Assembly: GCA_963844715.1 (NCBI GenBank)
Contig: CAWJPJ010000005.1
Coordinates: 96,001-160,000, forward strand
Length of the DNA: 64,000 nucleotides
Source: an uncultured Phycisphaerales bacterium
GTDB lineage: Bacteria; Planctomycetota; Phycisphaerae; Tepidisphaerales; Tepidisphaeraceae
Direction: 5' to 3'
The notes under the pieces are model-generated. The model made no database searches. It saw only the letters and a list, made by a program, of their open reading frames with translations, and was not told the DNA's origin. The first letter of the stretch is position 1, and every line of letters begins with the position of its first letter. Shown here one piece after another: positions 52,594 to 62,523 of this stretch. Made by a program: the position numbers and the translations under genes.

Positions 52594-54339
52594 TCATCGC
52601 TTGATCCTTTCGGAAGCGTTTCCGTTGTCGCTGGGGAGGATGGTGTCGCCTTTTCTGCTCAGGAGCATTTCGTCGCGAAGATTCTGTATGGTCTTGCTTC
52701 GGTTTTGATCGAACCCGATTTCCCGCATCAAGGTTTCTTTTTCAGCGGCAAACTGCGCCTCGAGGGCGGAAATCTGGGCGTCTAGGGCCCGCTTCTTTTG
52801 GGCCAGTTCGGCCTGCTTGCGGGAGATTTCCTCTTCGCGGCGGCCCTGCTGGGCTTTTTCTTTCGCTTCCTGGGCGAGGCGCGCCGAGCCGGTGAGAACG
52901 CCTTCATCGCCGATATAAACATTGAGCAGATCGATGCCGGTTTCGGAAATGACGAACTCGCGGATCTGGTTGGAATGGGGCATTCCGCGGCTTTTAAGGA
53001 TGTAAATTCCGCGGTTGCGCTCGCCGCCGAGTTCGATGTCGCGCAAGAGAAGCCAGGTGTCGATGACGGAGGAGATTCCCATGTCGGTGGTTTCTTTGGC
53101 GTTATTGCCGGTGGTGAGATTGGTGAAGAGCAAAGTGATTTGGCGGCTCTTGAGAAAATCGACCAGCCGGATGAGCATGGCATGCACGTCGCGCTCGTCG
53201 GCGGCGGAACTGAAATTGCTGATGGGGTCGACGATGACGGTTTGCGGTTTGAACTGCTCGATGCGCTTGTGCATGACGCCCAGATGCATTTCCAGGCCGT
53301 AAAAGCTGGGCCGCGCGGAATAGAAATTGAGGAGGCCCTTTTTTATAAAGGGAGTCAGGTCCAATCCGATGCTCGCCATGTTTCGGACGATCTGGCTGCG
53401 GCTTTCTTCGAATGCGAAATATAAACAACGCTCTCCGGCGCGGCAGGTGGCGGCGGCGAAATGCGCGGCGATGCTGCTTTTGCCGGTGCCGGCGGTTCCG
53501 GTGACCAGGAGGCTGCTGCCGCGATAAAATCCCTCGCCGCCGAGCATGGCGTCGAGGCGGGGAATTCCTGAGGAAACGCGCTGGCTGCTGGCCTGATGAT
53601 CGAGGCCGACGGAGGTGACGGGCAGGACGGAAATGCCGTCTTCATCGATGAGAAAGGGATATTCGTTGGTGCCATGGGTCGAGCCGCGATATTTCACGAC
53701 CCGCAGGCGCCGCGTGGAGACTTGATTGTGCGAACGATGATCGAGCAGAATGACGCAATCGGAGACGTATTCTTCCAGCCCCTGGCGGGTGAGCTTGCCC
53801 TCGCCGCGCTCGCCGGTGATGACGGTTGTCATTCCGCGCTCTTTGAGCCAGTAAAACAGGCGGCGTATTTCCGATCGAAGGATCGCCTGGTTTGACAAAC
53901 CGGCGAAGAGGCTCTCGACGGTATCGAGCATGACCCGCTTGGCGCCGATTTGATCGATCGCATAGCCGAGGCGGATGAATAATCCCTCGAGGTCGTATTC
54001 GCCGTTCTCGTCGATCTCCTGGCGCTCGACGCGGACATGATCGACGGCAAGTTTTTTGCGGCGGATGAGGTCCTCGATGTCAAAGCCCAGGGAGGCGACG
54101 TTGGTTCGGATGTCCTCGCGGGTTTCCTCGAAGGTCATCAGTACCCCGGGCTCGTTATATTGAGTGGCGCCGCGGACGAGAAATTCGATTCCCATGAGGG
54201 ATTTGCCGCAGCCGGGGCCGCCGCAGATCAGGGTGGGCCTGCCGCGAGGGAGTCCGCCGTGGGTGAGTTCGTCCAGACCGGAAATGCCGGATGGGGCCTT
54301 GTCCAGCCCGCGCAGCTTTCGATTGGATGTCTTGGCCAT
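52594..54339 (-). CDS. kaiC: KaiC (KaiC2-type, double ATPase, coiled-coil tail)
   Basis: GGPGCGKS and GTAGTGKS P-loops, ISSVIDTW phosphosite region, GVLTGSAR. Confidence 0.95.
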   Translation of the reverse strand: MAKTSNRKLRGLDKAPSGISGLDELTHGGLPRGRPTLICGGPGCGKSLMGIEFLVRGATQYNEPGVLMTFEETREDIRTNVASLGFDIEDLIRRKKLAVDHVRVERQEIDENGEYDLEGLFIRLGYAIDQIGAKRVMLDTVESLFAGLSNQAILRSEIRRLFYWLKERGMTTVITGERGEGKLTRQGLEEYVSDCVILLDHRSHNQVSTRRLRVVKYRGSTHGTNEYPFLIDEDGISVLPVTSVGLDHQASSQRVSSGIPRLDAMLGGEGFYRGSSLLVTGTAGTGKSSIAAHFAAATCRAGERCLYFAFEESRSQIVRNMASIGLDLTPFIKKGLLNFYSARPSFYGLEMHLGVMHKRIEQFKPQTVIVDPISNFSSAADERDVHAMLIRLVDFLKSRQITLLFTNLTTGNNAKETTDMGISSVIDTWLLLRDIELGGERNRGIYILKSRGMPHSNQIREFVISETGIDLLNVYIGDEGVLTGSARLAQEAKEKAQQGRREEEISRKQAELAQKKRALDAQISALEAQFAAEKETLMREIGFDQNRSKTIQNLRDEMLLSRKGDTILPSDNGNASERIKR

Positions 54340-54578
54340 TGCTCCTCTGCCATGTGCTTGCGATTTCGACGCCCGGAACGAGCGGTCTCGTCCGTGGATA
54401 TTATCCGAAGGGCGTGGCTTATGGGTACGGGGAAATTTTTGAGCGAGCCGGAGTGTTGCGGATCGATTTTTGCGAGCTGGACGGAACGGCGTGGTGCGGA
54501 AGGAACGGGGCGGCGCGGTTGCGCCGTTCGTCGCCGACAAATGGGGGTTCCTTGGGATTGGGCGAAATCGGGGACGAG

Positions 54579-55643
54579 TTAATTCGTCAAAAAGCTGCGG
54601 GTTTTGAGCCATTGGGCGGCGAGTTTTGGCCAAGTGCTCAGCTCCGGGTCATCGCCGCCGAGGGCGAAGGCGTGTTTGCCGTGGTCGAAGATGTGGAGTT
54701 CGAATGGGACGCCGGCGGATTGGAGAGCTTGGGCGAACATCAGGCTGTTCTCAACCGGCGCGGTGTGATCATCCGTCGCGTGGACCAGGAAACAGGGGGG
54801 AGTATCGGAAGTCACATGTAACTCGTTGCTGGTTTCTTGTTCGAGATCGGGGTCGGGGTTGTCGCCTAGCAATTCCTGGCGGGAAATGTTGTGCGTGTAG
54901 GCGTCTAGCATGGTGATGACGGGGTAGACGAGGATGGTCAGGTCGGGGCGCGAGGATTGGCGATCGATCGGGTCCCAGGCGGCGGGGTCGCCGGGGTCGA
55001 AATGGGTGGAGACGAGGGCGGCCAGGTGTCCGCCGGCGGAGAAGCCGATGATGCCGATGTGATTCGGATTCAAGTGGAAGTCGCTGGCGCGAAAGCGGAT
55101 CAGGCGGAGGGCGCGCTGGACGTCCTGGAGTTGGACGGGGTAGTGATATTTTGGGCCGAGGCGATATTTGAGGATGAAGGCGGAGATGCCGAGAGAGTTG
55201 AGCCAACGGGCGACGGGTTCGCCTTCGCGGAGGCCGTAGTGGTTATAGGCGCCGCCCTGGCAGATGATGATGGCGGAATCGGTAGCGCGGTCGGGGGCCG
55301 GGAGGTAGGGGAGGAGTTTGGGGATGTCGGCGTCGGCGTCGCCGAAGGAGTTTGGGGCGGCGGTGGTCCATAAGGGGATGGGAGCGCCGGCGGTGGAAGA
55401 AGGTTCTGTTGTGGGCTGAGTGGCGGCCTGGGTGGTGGGCATCGTGGATTGGGCGCGGGCCGATTCGACGATCAAGCAGAGCGCCGTCAACAGAATGATC
55501 GCCGCGCTGCGCTTCGTCGCGGTGAGACGATGTCGGGAGTGGGCGAGCGGTTCTGCCTTTGAAGGATTGCCCCTCACCCTTGCCCTCTCCCCGGAGTACC
55601 GGGGAGAGGGGATAAGAGTGTCGGTGCTGGGTTTCGTATTCAT
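54579..55643 (-). CDS. Secreted alpha/beta hydrolase (esterase)
   Basis: GGAY, GFSAGGH, HATDD, GKHAF; hydrophobic signal ending ARAQ. Confidence 0.9.
   Translation of the reverse strand: MNTKPSTDTLIPSPRYSGERARVRGNPSKAEPLAHSRHRLTATKRSAAIILLTALCLIVESARAQSTMPTTQAATQPTTEPSSTAGAPIPLWTTAAPNSFGDADADIPKLLPYLPAPDRATDSAIIICQGGAYNHYGLREGEPVARWLNSLGISAFILKYRLGPKYHYPVQLQDVQRALRLIRFRASDFHLNPNHIGIIGFSAGGHLAALVSTHFDPGDPAAWDPIDRQSSRPDLTILVYPVITMLDAYTHNISRQELLGDNPDPDLEQETSNELHVTSDTPPCFLVHATDDHTAPVENSLMFAQALQSAGVPFELHIFDHGKHAFALGGDDPELSTWPKLAAQWLKTRSFLTN
55569..55615. repeat. CCCTCTCCC-type palindromic repeat, copy 2
   Basis: gcccctcacccttgccctctccccggagtaccggggagaggggataa. Confidence 0.85.
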
Positions 55644-56758
55644 TTCAGGTTTTCGGGGTTGAGGGGTTTTAGGGTCGGGAGCGTGAAGCGGCCGTTTTTT
55701 CTGATGAGGGTTTTGTCGAACCAGATTTCTCCGCCGCCGGCTTCTGGGGTTTGACGCATGACCAGGTCCCAGTGGATGGCGCTTTTATTTCCGTTGCTGG
55801 CTTCGTCGTAGCAGGCGCCGGGGGTGAAGTGGATGCTGCCGGCGATTTTTTCGTCGAAGAGGATGTCTTTCATGGGTTTGATGCAATACGGATTGAAGCC
55901 GATGGCGAATTCGCCGACGTATCTTGCTCCGGGGTCGGTGTTGAGGACTTCGTTGAGTTTGTCGGTGTCGGTGCTGATGGCGCGGATGATTTTGCCATTT
56001 TTGAATTCGAGTTTGACGTCGTTGTGGGTGGTGCCGCGGTAGATGGTGGGGCAGTTGAAGCGGATGACGCCGTTGACCGATTCGCGCACGGGGGCGGTGA
56101 AGACTTCGCCGTCGGGAATGTTCACTTTTCCGTCGCAGCAGATGGCGGGGATATTTTTGATGCTGAAAGTGAGGTCGGTTTCGCCGGGGCCTTTAAGGCG
56201 GACTTTGTCGGTTTTTTCCATGAGCTTTTTGAGCGGCTGCATGGCCCGGCTCATTTTGGCATAGTCGAGCGTGCAGACGTTGAAATAGAAATCCTCGAAC
56301 GCTTCAGTGCTCATCTCGGCCATCTGGGCCATCGACGGATGCGGCCAGCGGAGGACGCACCAGCGGGTTTTGGTGATGCGGACGTCGCGGTGGACTTTTT
56401 TCCAGACGGTGGATTCGTAGAGTTTCTGCTTGTCGGCGGGGACGTCGGAAAGTTCGGAGACGTTGGCGTTGCCTCGGGCGCCGATGTAGCAGTCGACGCT
56501 TTTCATTTGCAGGCGTTCGATCTTCGCGATGAGTTCCCACTGCTTTTTCGAGCCGTGGAGCATGAGGGCGCGATTGATCTGGTTGTTCTTGAGCATCACC
56601 AGGGGATTGCCGCCGGCTTCGGTGGCATGACGGATAAGAGCGGCGGAGAATTCATTGGGGACGTCGATGGCCTCGATGAGAATGTTCTCGCCTTTTTTTA
56701 CGGAGCAGGAATAGCGGATAAGCATTTTGGCTAGTTTGTCGATGCGGGGGTCTAGCAT
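55640..56758 (-). CDS. Aminopeptidase, peptidase M29 family
   Basis: NIPDGEVFTAP, VGEFAIG, LFDEKIAGSIH, SAIHWD. Confidence 0.93.
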   Translation of the reverse strand: MLDPRIDKLAKMLIRYSCSVKKGENILIEAIDVPNEFSAALIRHATEAGGNPLVMLKNNQINRALMLHGSKKQWELIAKIERLQMKSVDCYIGARGNANVSELSDVPADKQKLYESTVWKKVHRDVRITKTRWCVLRWPHPSMAQMAEMSTEAFEDFYFNVCTLDYAKMSRAMQPLKKLMEKTDKVRLKGPGETDLTFSIKNIPAICCDGKVNIPDGEVFTAPVRESVNGVIRFNCPTIYRGTTHNDVKLEFKNGKIIRAISTDTDKLNEVLNTDPGARYVGEFAIGFNPYCIKPMKDILFDEKIAGSIHFTPGACYDEASNGNKSAIHWDLVMRQTPEAGGGEIWFDKTLIRKNGRFTLPTLKPLNPENLK

Positions 56759-57041
56759 TTGAGTGAATGGCCTCCAAGAAAAGAATATGAATAAGGGTGA
56801 TCTTATACCGGATATTGGGAGTGGGATTAAGAGTATGCGGATTAAGAATTGGGTCGGGGGAGTTGGTGGTGCCGAGGAGATTCGCTGGCTCGAATATGAA
56901 TGGGCGTGGGCGATGTGGGGGCGATTGGCTGGCCTGATGGGGAAGGGGTGGGCTGTTTCGCGAGGGAGCCAAGGAGTCTCCGCCTTTGGCGGCAGATGTA
57001 TAAGGAATTTCGAGCTTCGCGCTCGACCTCAACCGTCCTAA

Positions 57042-57707
57042 GACACGGCCGCTTACCCGAACGATCCCAACCGCAATCCGTGCAAAGAAATCTCCCCGTT
57101 CGATGAGAATAAGGACCGTCGCCGCGTTCGCCGGGCGTTGACAGACAGCGAATTAGCCTTGTTATTTCAGGCAAATTCGAGCCGTCGCCTTTATTACATG
57201 TTCGCTTTCTACACTGGTTTGCGAGTCCGTTCATGTAAGGCGGCATTGTGGAACCATGTCGATTTTGACCATGCCACGATTACCGTTCCAGCCGCCAACA
57301 TCAAAGGCGGGCGTGAGCTAGTCCTTCCAATTCATCCCGTGCTGTTGGCTGAATTGAAAGCCGCCAAGCCGCCCTTTGCCGCCGCGACGGATTCAATCTT
57401 CCCCGTGGTCCCCAACGTCCTCACGTTCCACCGCGATTGCTACAAGGCTGGAATTGCCCGCTACGATTCAGCCGGGCGGCAGATAGACCGCCACGCACTA
57501 CGTACCACGTTCGGCACTGCCCTGGCCCTGGCAGGCGTTACACCGCAATTTGCGGCTCGATTGCTTGACCATCGGGATATCAATACCACCTTGAAGCATT
57601 ACACGGCGTTGACGCTGGCAGACAACGCCACTGCACTCTGCAAGATCAATGCACCGACAGCCGCCGGGCAAACAAATGGTCCCATCCCGACGACCAAATC
57701 AGCCTAG
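57042..57707 (+). pseudogene. Tyrosine recombinase/integrase C-terminal remnant
   Basis: TGLR, K, HALRTTF, LLDH, HY catalytic residues; in-frame stop at 57039, no N-terminal domains. Confidence 0.8.
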
Positions 57708-57799
57708 ATATTGCCGCCTTGAAACGATGGACGCCGGATGGACAGACTTGTTTCCCATCGTGTCCTCAGTTGTCCTCAATTGTCACCATGAAAATCTAA

Positions 57800-58693
57800 G
57801 AGCCTCTAACAAAAATGCACTTCCCCATGTTTATGGTTGATCGGACAATACGGCTTGGTCTTAGCCATGGAGGGCTTTATGACCAAGCCGTTGGTGACCG
57901 ACGAGCTTTGGGAGTTGATCCGACCCCTGCTTCCCAAGCACCGCAGTGGTCCAGGAAAGCGCGGCCGGCCGCCGCTGGACGATCGCGCGGCGTTGTCGGG
58001 TATTCTGTTCGTGCTCAAAACCGGCATTCCGTGGGAATACCTTCCCCAGGAGATGGGATGCGGCAGCGGCATGAGTTGCTGGCGTCGACTGCGCGATTGG
58101 AACCATCGTGGGGTTTGGACGAAGCTGCACGGACTATTGCTGAATCGATTGCGGCGGTCGAATGCCATCGACTGGTCGCGGGCCTTGGTGGATTCTGCTT
58201 CCGTGCGGGCCGTGCACGGGGGAAAAAAACGGGTCCGAGCCCGGTAGATCGCAGGAAAAACGGTTCCAAGCACCATGTATTGACCGATGGCAACGGCACG
58301 CCGATGGTTGCCCTCCTGACGGCGGCCAACCGCCACGACATCACGCAACTGCTGCCGCTGATCGATGCGATTCCAAAGGTCTCGGGCAAACCGGGCCGGC
58401 CGCGCTGGCGGTTCGAGGTGGTGCAGGGAGACCGGGCGTATCACTCCGAACCGCACCGAAAGGCGTTGCGTCAGCGTGGCAGCCGCCCGTTGCTGGCCCG
58501 ACGCAACCGCCCGCACGGAAGTGGTCTTGGCAAAACCCGCTGGCCGGTGGAGCGTACGCTGAGTTGGTTGCATCAGAATCGCCGACTGCGAGTCCGTTAC
58601 GAAAAACGGCCCGACATCCACGCCGCGTTCATGACCGTGGGTGAGGCAATGATCTGTTGGAACAGGCTTCATTCGCATTTTTGTTAGAGGCTC
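57800..58693 (+). mobile_element. IS5-family insertion sequence, 894 bp
   Basis: 19-bp perfect IRs gagcctctaacaaaaatgc, TAA direct repeats on both flanks. Confidence 0.95.
57879..58687 (+). CDS. IS5 transposase, two ORFs joined by -1 frameshift
   Basis: VTDELWELI...TGIPW; GGGGGAAAAAAAC slip site 58218-58230; GDRAY, RWPVERTLSWL. Confidence 0.92.
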
Positions 58694-58744
58694 TAAGCTA
58701 CGTCACGGCCAATCCGACACTTGCGGCACAGAAACCGCAACAGA

Positions 58745-58773
58745 TTGCGAAAATCGCCGATCCGCATTATCAT
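58745..58773 (+). promoter_or_regulatory. sigma70 promoter of tRNA
   Basis: TTGCGA-N17-TATCAT. Confidence 0.65.
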
Positions 58774-58784
58774 TCGGAAAACGC

Positions 58785-58858
58785 GGGCGATTAGCTCAGT
58801 TGGCCAGAGCGCACGGATCACACCCGTGAGGTCACAGGTTCGAGCCCTGTATCGCCCA
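58785..58858 (+). tRNA. tRNA-Val(CAC)
   Basis: Acceptor gggcgat/atcgccc, D arm, anticodon arm cacgg-atCACac-ccgtg, T arm acagg-ttcgagc-cctgt; no encoded CCA. Confidence 0.93.
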
Positions 58859-58909
58859 TGCAACGCAAATCTCGCGAAATGTGTGAGATATCTGCCTACG
58901 CTGCGCCAG

Positions 58910-60139
58910 TTACGCGAAATCGATTTGCATCATGCTGCAATCATCGGTCAGAAGTTGGCCGTCTCGCTGGCGGCGGGCTCGGTTCAGCGATTGATCCAGC
59001 AGGTCCCCGGCGTGGGATTTTGCGGTTACGAATTTTGTGAAGGCGGCCTGATCGAGGAGTTCGTCACTTGCTTTTGCGCCCTCTACGACGCCGTCACTAT
59101 ATAGAAGGAGTCGGCCGAAGGTCGGAATCTGGATTGTGGTGTTCGTGAAATGGGGTTCCTCGGCGATTCCGATGGGGGGGCCTGATGAGTGGAGTTCCAG
59201 GAGCTTGGCGTTGGAGGATGCGAGGCCCGCGATCAGCAGGGCCGGGGGATGGCCGGCGGCGCTGAAGGTTAGATTTCGGTCGCCGGTGGCGTAGACGCCA
59301 TACCAGATTGTAAAGAATCGGCCTCCATGTTTGTCGAAGCTGAACACGTGGTTCAAGCCGCGCATGACGGCGGCGGGGTCGCGGAAATCGGTTTGGGGAA
59401 GGGTTTGGTGGGACAGAGTGTTCAGCACGCTTACCGCGAGCAGGGCGGCGCCGACGCCGTGGCCGCTGATATCCATGAGGTAGAACGCGACATGCTGCGC
59501 ATCGAGCCATTGATATCCGAAGGCGTCGCCGCCTAATTGAGTCGAGGGGACGAAGCGCCAGTCGATTCGAATCGGTCCTTCTTTGACTGGGGCGGGTAGG
59601 AGTGATTCGACGTACGCTGCCGCTTGAATAATTTCAGCGGCCATTTGGCGCTCGCTTTGGGCTAAGTGTCCGTAGGCCTCGTTTCGTTCGACTTGCGCGA
59701 TGTACCCGCGCGAATGGTGACGAATGCGGGCGATGAGTTCGACCCGGTCGGGGAGCTTTACGAGGTAGTCATTGGCGCCGAGGGCAAAGGCTTGCGCCTT
59801 AATGAGGGGTTCCTCTTTTGCGGAAAGGACAATCATGGGGATGTCGCGCGTCCTTGGATTGGCGCGAAACTGTTTGAGCAAGGAAAGGCCGTCGATGCCG
59901 GGCATCGATAAATCCTGAAGGATGACGGTTGGCGCCAGGATTTCCGCCAGGGCGACGGCCTCCAATGGTTCGCGGCAAAAATGGAACTGGATGTCAGTCT
60001 CAGACCCAAGCATGGTCTCGATTGCCCGGCCCAGGATGGGCTGGTCATCCACGAGGAGCACGGCGATGGGGTGATTGACGCCGAGCGGCGCGATCGCATC
60101 CGCCCGCGCCGTCGTGTTTTCCCAATCGATTAAGTGCAT
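58910..60139 (-). CDS. Receiver plus PP2C/SpoIIE phosphatase
   Basis: LLVDDQ...ILQDLSMP; LGGD, DISGHG, YSDG, DDCS. Confidence 0.92.
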   Translation of the reverse strand: MHLIDWENTTARADAIAPLGVNHPIAVLLVDDQPILGRAIETMLGSETDIQFHFCREPLEAVALAEILAPTVILQDLSMPGIDGLSLLKQFRANPRTRDIPMIVLSAKEEPLIKAQAFALGANDYLVKLPDRVELIARIRHHSRGYIAQVERNEAYGHLAQSERQMAAEIIQAAAYVESLLPAPVKEGPIRIDWRFVPSTQLGGDAFGYQWLDAQHVAFYLMDISGHGVGAALLAVSVLNTLSHQTLPQTDFRDPAAVMRGLNHVFSFDKHGGRFFTIWYGVYATGDRNLTFSAAGHPPALLIAGLASSNAKLLELHSSGPPIGIAEEPHFTNTTIQIPTFGRLLLYSDGVVEGAKASDELLDQAAFTKFVTAKSHAGDLLDQSLNRARRQRDGQLLTDDCSMMQIDFA

Positions 60140-60159
60140 TGTTTGTGGAGGGATTAACC

Positions 60160-62052
60160 CTAGTCGGCGTGAATAATGCTGTTTAAATTATCCGCCAGGC
60201 GCGACAGCGCGAAGCAGGAGGGGAGGAGTTTGTGTTTGCGGCCGGCCAAAAGTTCCGGCTCCAACTTGAGATTGGCCAGCGGCGAAATGATGACCAGAGG
60301 AAGGGGACCCGCTCCGGCTTCGTTCTCGCGCTTTTTCAGGGTGTCGAAAAATGATGGCACCTCTTTCATGCTGGCCAGTTGCATGAAGGCGACGTTGGGC
60401 GGGCGATTGTCTGCCGGGTCTTTGAGCCGCTCGAGAAGGATTCGATACCCGTCTATTTCGGGGGAGGAACTGATATACAGCGGGCGAACCGGCGGGTTGA
60501 ATTTTTTCAAGGCGAGCAGGCGATATTCGGGACAGGCCTCGCATTCCTCGGACTGGAGCATCGCGTCCTTCATGTCCTGGGTCTGCTTGGGAATATTCTG
60601 CTCGATGAACTTTATCGCATCGGGCTTGAGTTCGAGAACGCGAGCGAATTCGTGGGTGGAGTATTGGCAATCGTTGCCGCTAAATCCAAGAAGTAACGCA
60701 TGGGCGAGTCGATCGGCCAGGGCCAGCGTGCAGGCCTCGGGGACCATGCCGGGCGAGAGTTTGGCGATCTTTTCGGCTGAAAGATGGTGCATGGCGATCG
60801 GCTCGATCAAAGACTTGGGGAATTTCCAGGCAATGAGAAGCCGATCCACCACATCCACGTGATTGACCTGCAACATGCGCGATTCCACCTGCTCCAGGGG
60901 GAATTGCAGGCGCGTGGCGGTGTCGATCACTCGCTTGTAGAGATCGTCGAGCTGTTGGACGAACACCATTCGGGCGACGTCGTGCAGGAGGCCCATCGTG
61001 AACGCGAGGTCTATCGCGTGCTGGCCGCTGCGACGGGATCGGGCGATTGCGGCGGCGATCAGGCCGGTGGCGATGGAATGCTCCCAGAACAATTCACTGT
61101 TGAAATTCTGACCCAGCCCGGAGAGATGGAAATTGTCGATCAGGGAGATATTGAGCACCATCTGCCGAATTTGTGAGAGCCCGATCCGCGCCAGCGCCTT
61201 TTGCACGGAGTCCACCGCGCCCAGGCGGCCGTAGACGACGGAATTGGCCATCTTCAGGACCTTAAGGACGATCGCTTGATCGCGCTTGATGACCTCGGCG
61301 ATTTGCTCAAGCGAGAAATTCGATTCGTCCGTCATTTTCAGAAGCTGGGCCGCGGTCGGCGAGAGCGCTTTTAATTCTGCGCATCGATCGACTTGCGCAA
61401 GAGTCTGGGCGCGGGTAATGATCGGCTTCAACGAACTGAGCAAATCGATCGGCGGGGGTTCCGTTTCCGGGCGATCCACGACGTTGGTTTTCCTATCGGC
61501 GTTGAAGCGGGCGTCGGTTGCTCGGGGTTTGGATGGCCGGGGCGCATCGACGCCGCGCGTATCCGCAGAGCGAGACTGGACAACCGTGGGATTCGCGGAT
61601 GACGGGGACTGGGCGTGTTGTGTGTGTCCCGGCAAGTATGCTTGAACAGCCGCCGGCAGCGGCGAGGCATTCCCCAACAATTGCTCGATGCGCGCCATCA
61701 GGCATTTTCGCGAGAACTGATGCTTGATCAGATAGCCCTGGACCCCCATTTGTGCGCACTGGAGAACGGTGTGGCGGTCCGAACGTCCGGTCAAAAGGAT
61801 GACAGGGAGTTCTTTCCCGCCGGGGCGGCCGCGCAGGGACATCAACAGATCAAGCCCGTTTTCGGTTCCCAGGCCGATGTCGAGGAGGAGAAGGTCCACG
61901 TGTCCGGAGATGATGCGCGCCAGCGCGTCGTGGGCCGTCCCGACCGCGACGGTTTCATAGCCGTGGTATTCCAGGGCCAGGGACAATAGCTCACGCACCG
62001 TGACATCGTCCTCGGCGATTAGGATCGTTGCGGTCATCGTTGCGTTAGTCAT
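60160..62052 (-). CDS. Receiver plus HDOD protein
   Basis: REC N-terminus; FWEHSIATG, GLLHDVAR. Confidence 0.9.
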   Translation of the reverse strand: MTNATMTATILIAEDDVTVRELLSLALEYHGYETVAVGTAHDALARIISGHVDLLLLDIGLGTENGLDLLMSLRGRPGGKELPVILLTGRSDRHTVLQCAQMGVQGYLIKHQFSRKCLMARIEQLLGNASPLPAAVQAYLPGHTQHAQSPSSANPTVVQSRSADTRGVDAPRPSKPRATDARFNADRKTNVVDRPETEPPPIDLLSSLKPIITRAQTLAQVDRCAELKALSPTAAQLLKMTDESNFSLEQIAEVIKRDQAIVLKVLKMANSVVYGRLGAVDSVQKALARIGLSQIRQMVLNISLIDNFHLSGLGQNFNSELFWEHSIATGLIAAAIARSRRSGQHAIDLAFTMGLLHDVARMVFVQQLDDLYKRVIDTATRLQFPLEQVESRMLQVNHVDVVDRLLIAWKFPKSLIEPIAMHHLSAEKIAKLSPGMVPEACTLALADRLAHALLLGFSGNDCQYSTHEFARVLELKPDAIKFIEQNIPKQTQDMKDAMLQSEECEACPEYRLLALKKFNPPVRPLYISSSPEIDGYRILLERLKDPADNRPPNVAFMQLASMKEVPSFFDTLKKRENEAGAGPLPLVIISPLANLKLEPELLAGRKHKLLPSCFALSRLADNLNSIIHAD

Positions 62053-62067
62053 TGCTCTGACCCCCTA

Positions 62068-62484
62068 TCAACCGAAATTCAGTCGCGCCTCCGGATCGAT
62101 CATCCCCGCCAGGAGGGCTCGCACGCTTGCGACGAGCGCCTGGATGGCGAATGGCTTATGGAACACCGTTACGTTTCGATATCTCGCAATCAGGGGACCA
62201 TACTCGACCGCGTGCCCGGTGAGGACGACGATGGGTATTTCGCTCTGGTTGCGGACCATGCCGACCATGCCGATGCCGTCGATGCCGGGCATGGCGAGGT
62301 CGGTGATGACGAGTTTGAATTCCCCGGTCTCGAAGTGGAGCATCGCCTCGCTGGTATTTTCGCAGGCGGTGCAGCAGCATCCAAGCTGGGAGAGCCGCAT
62401 GGTCAGGACTTCCCTGACATGACGGTCGTCATCCACAACGAGGACGTTTGCCGATCCGGGAATTATCTCGCTGTTAAGATTCAT
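62068..62484 (-). CDS. Single-domain response regulator
   Basis: LVVDDD, ITDLAMPGIDG, HKPF. Confidence 0.9.
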   Translation of the reverse strand: MNLNSEIIPGSANVLVVDDDRHVREVLTMRLSQLGCCCTACENTSEAMLHFETGEFKLVITDLAMPGIDGIGMVGMVRNQSEIPIVVLTGHAVEYGPLIARYRNVTVFHKPFAIQALVASVRALLAGMIDPEARLNFG

Positions 62485-62523
62485 GCCGGTCTCCAATTAA
62501 AGAAGGTTGATTCCGCGCAACGC

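Noticed and set aside
54340..54633. 98-aa KaiC N-terminal extension
   Set aside because: No KaiC similarity; GAGGAG RBS precedes the ATG at 54339
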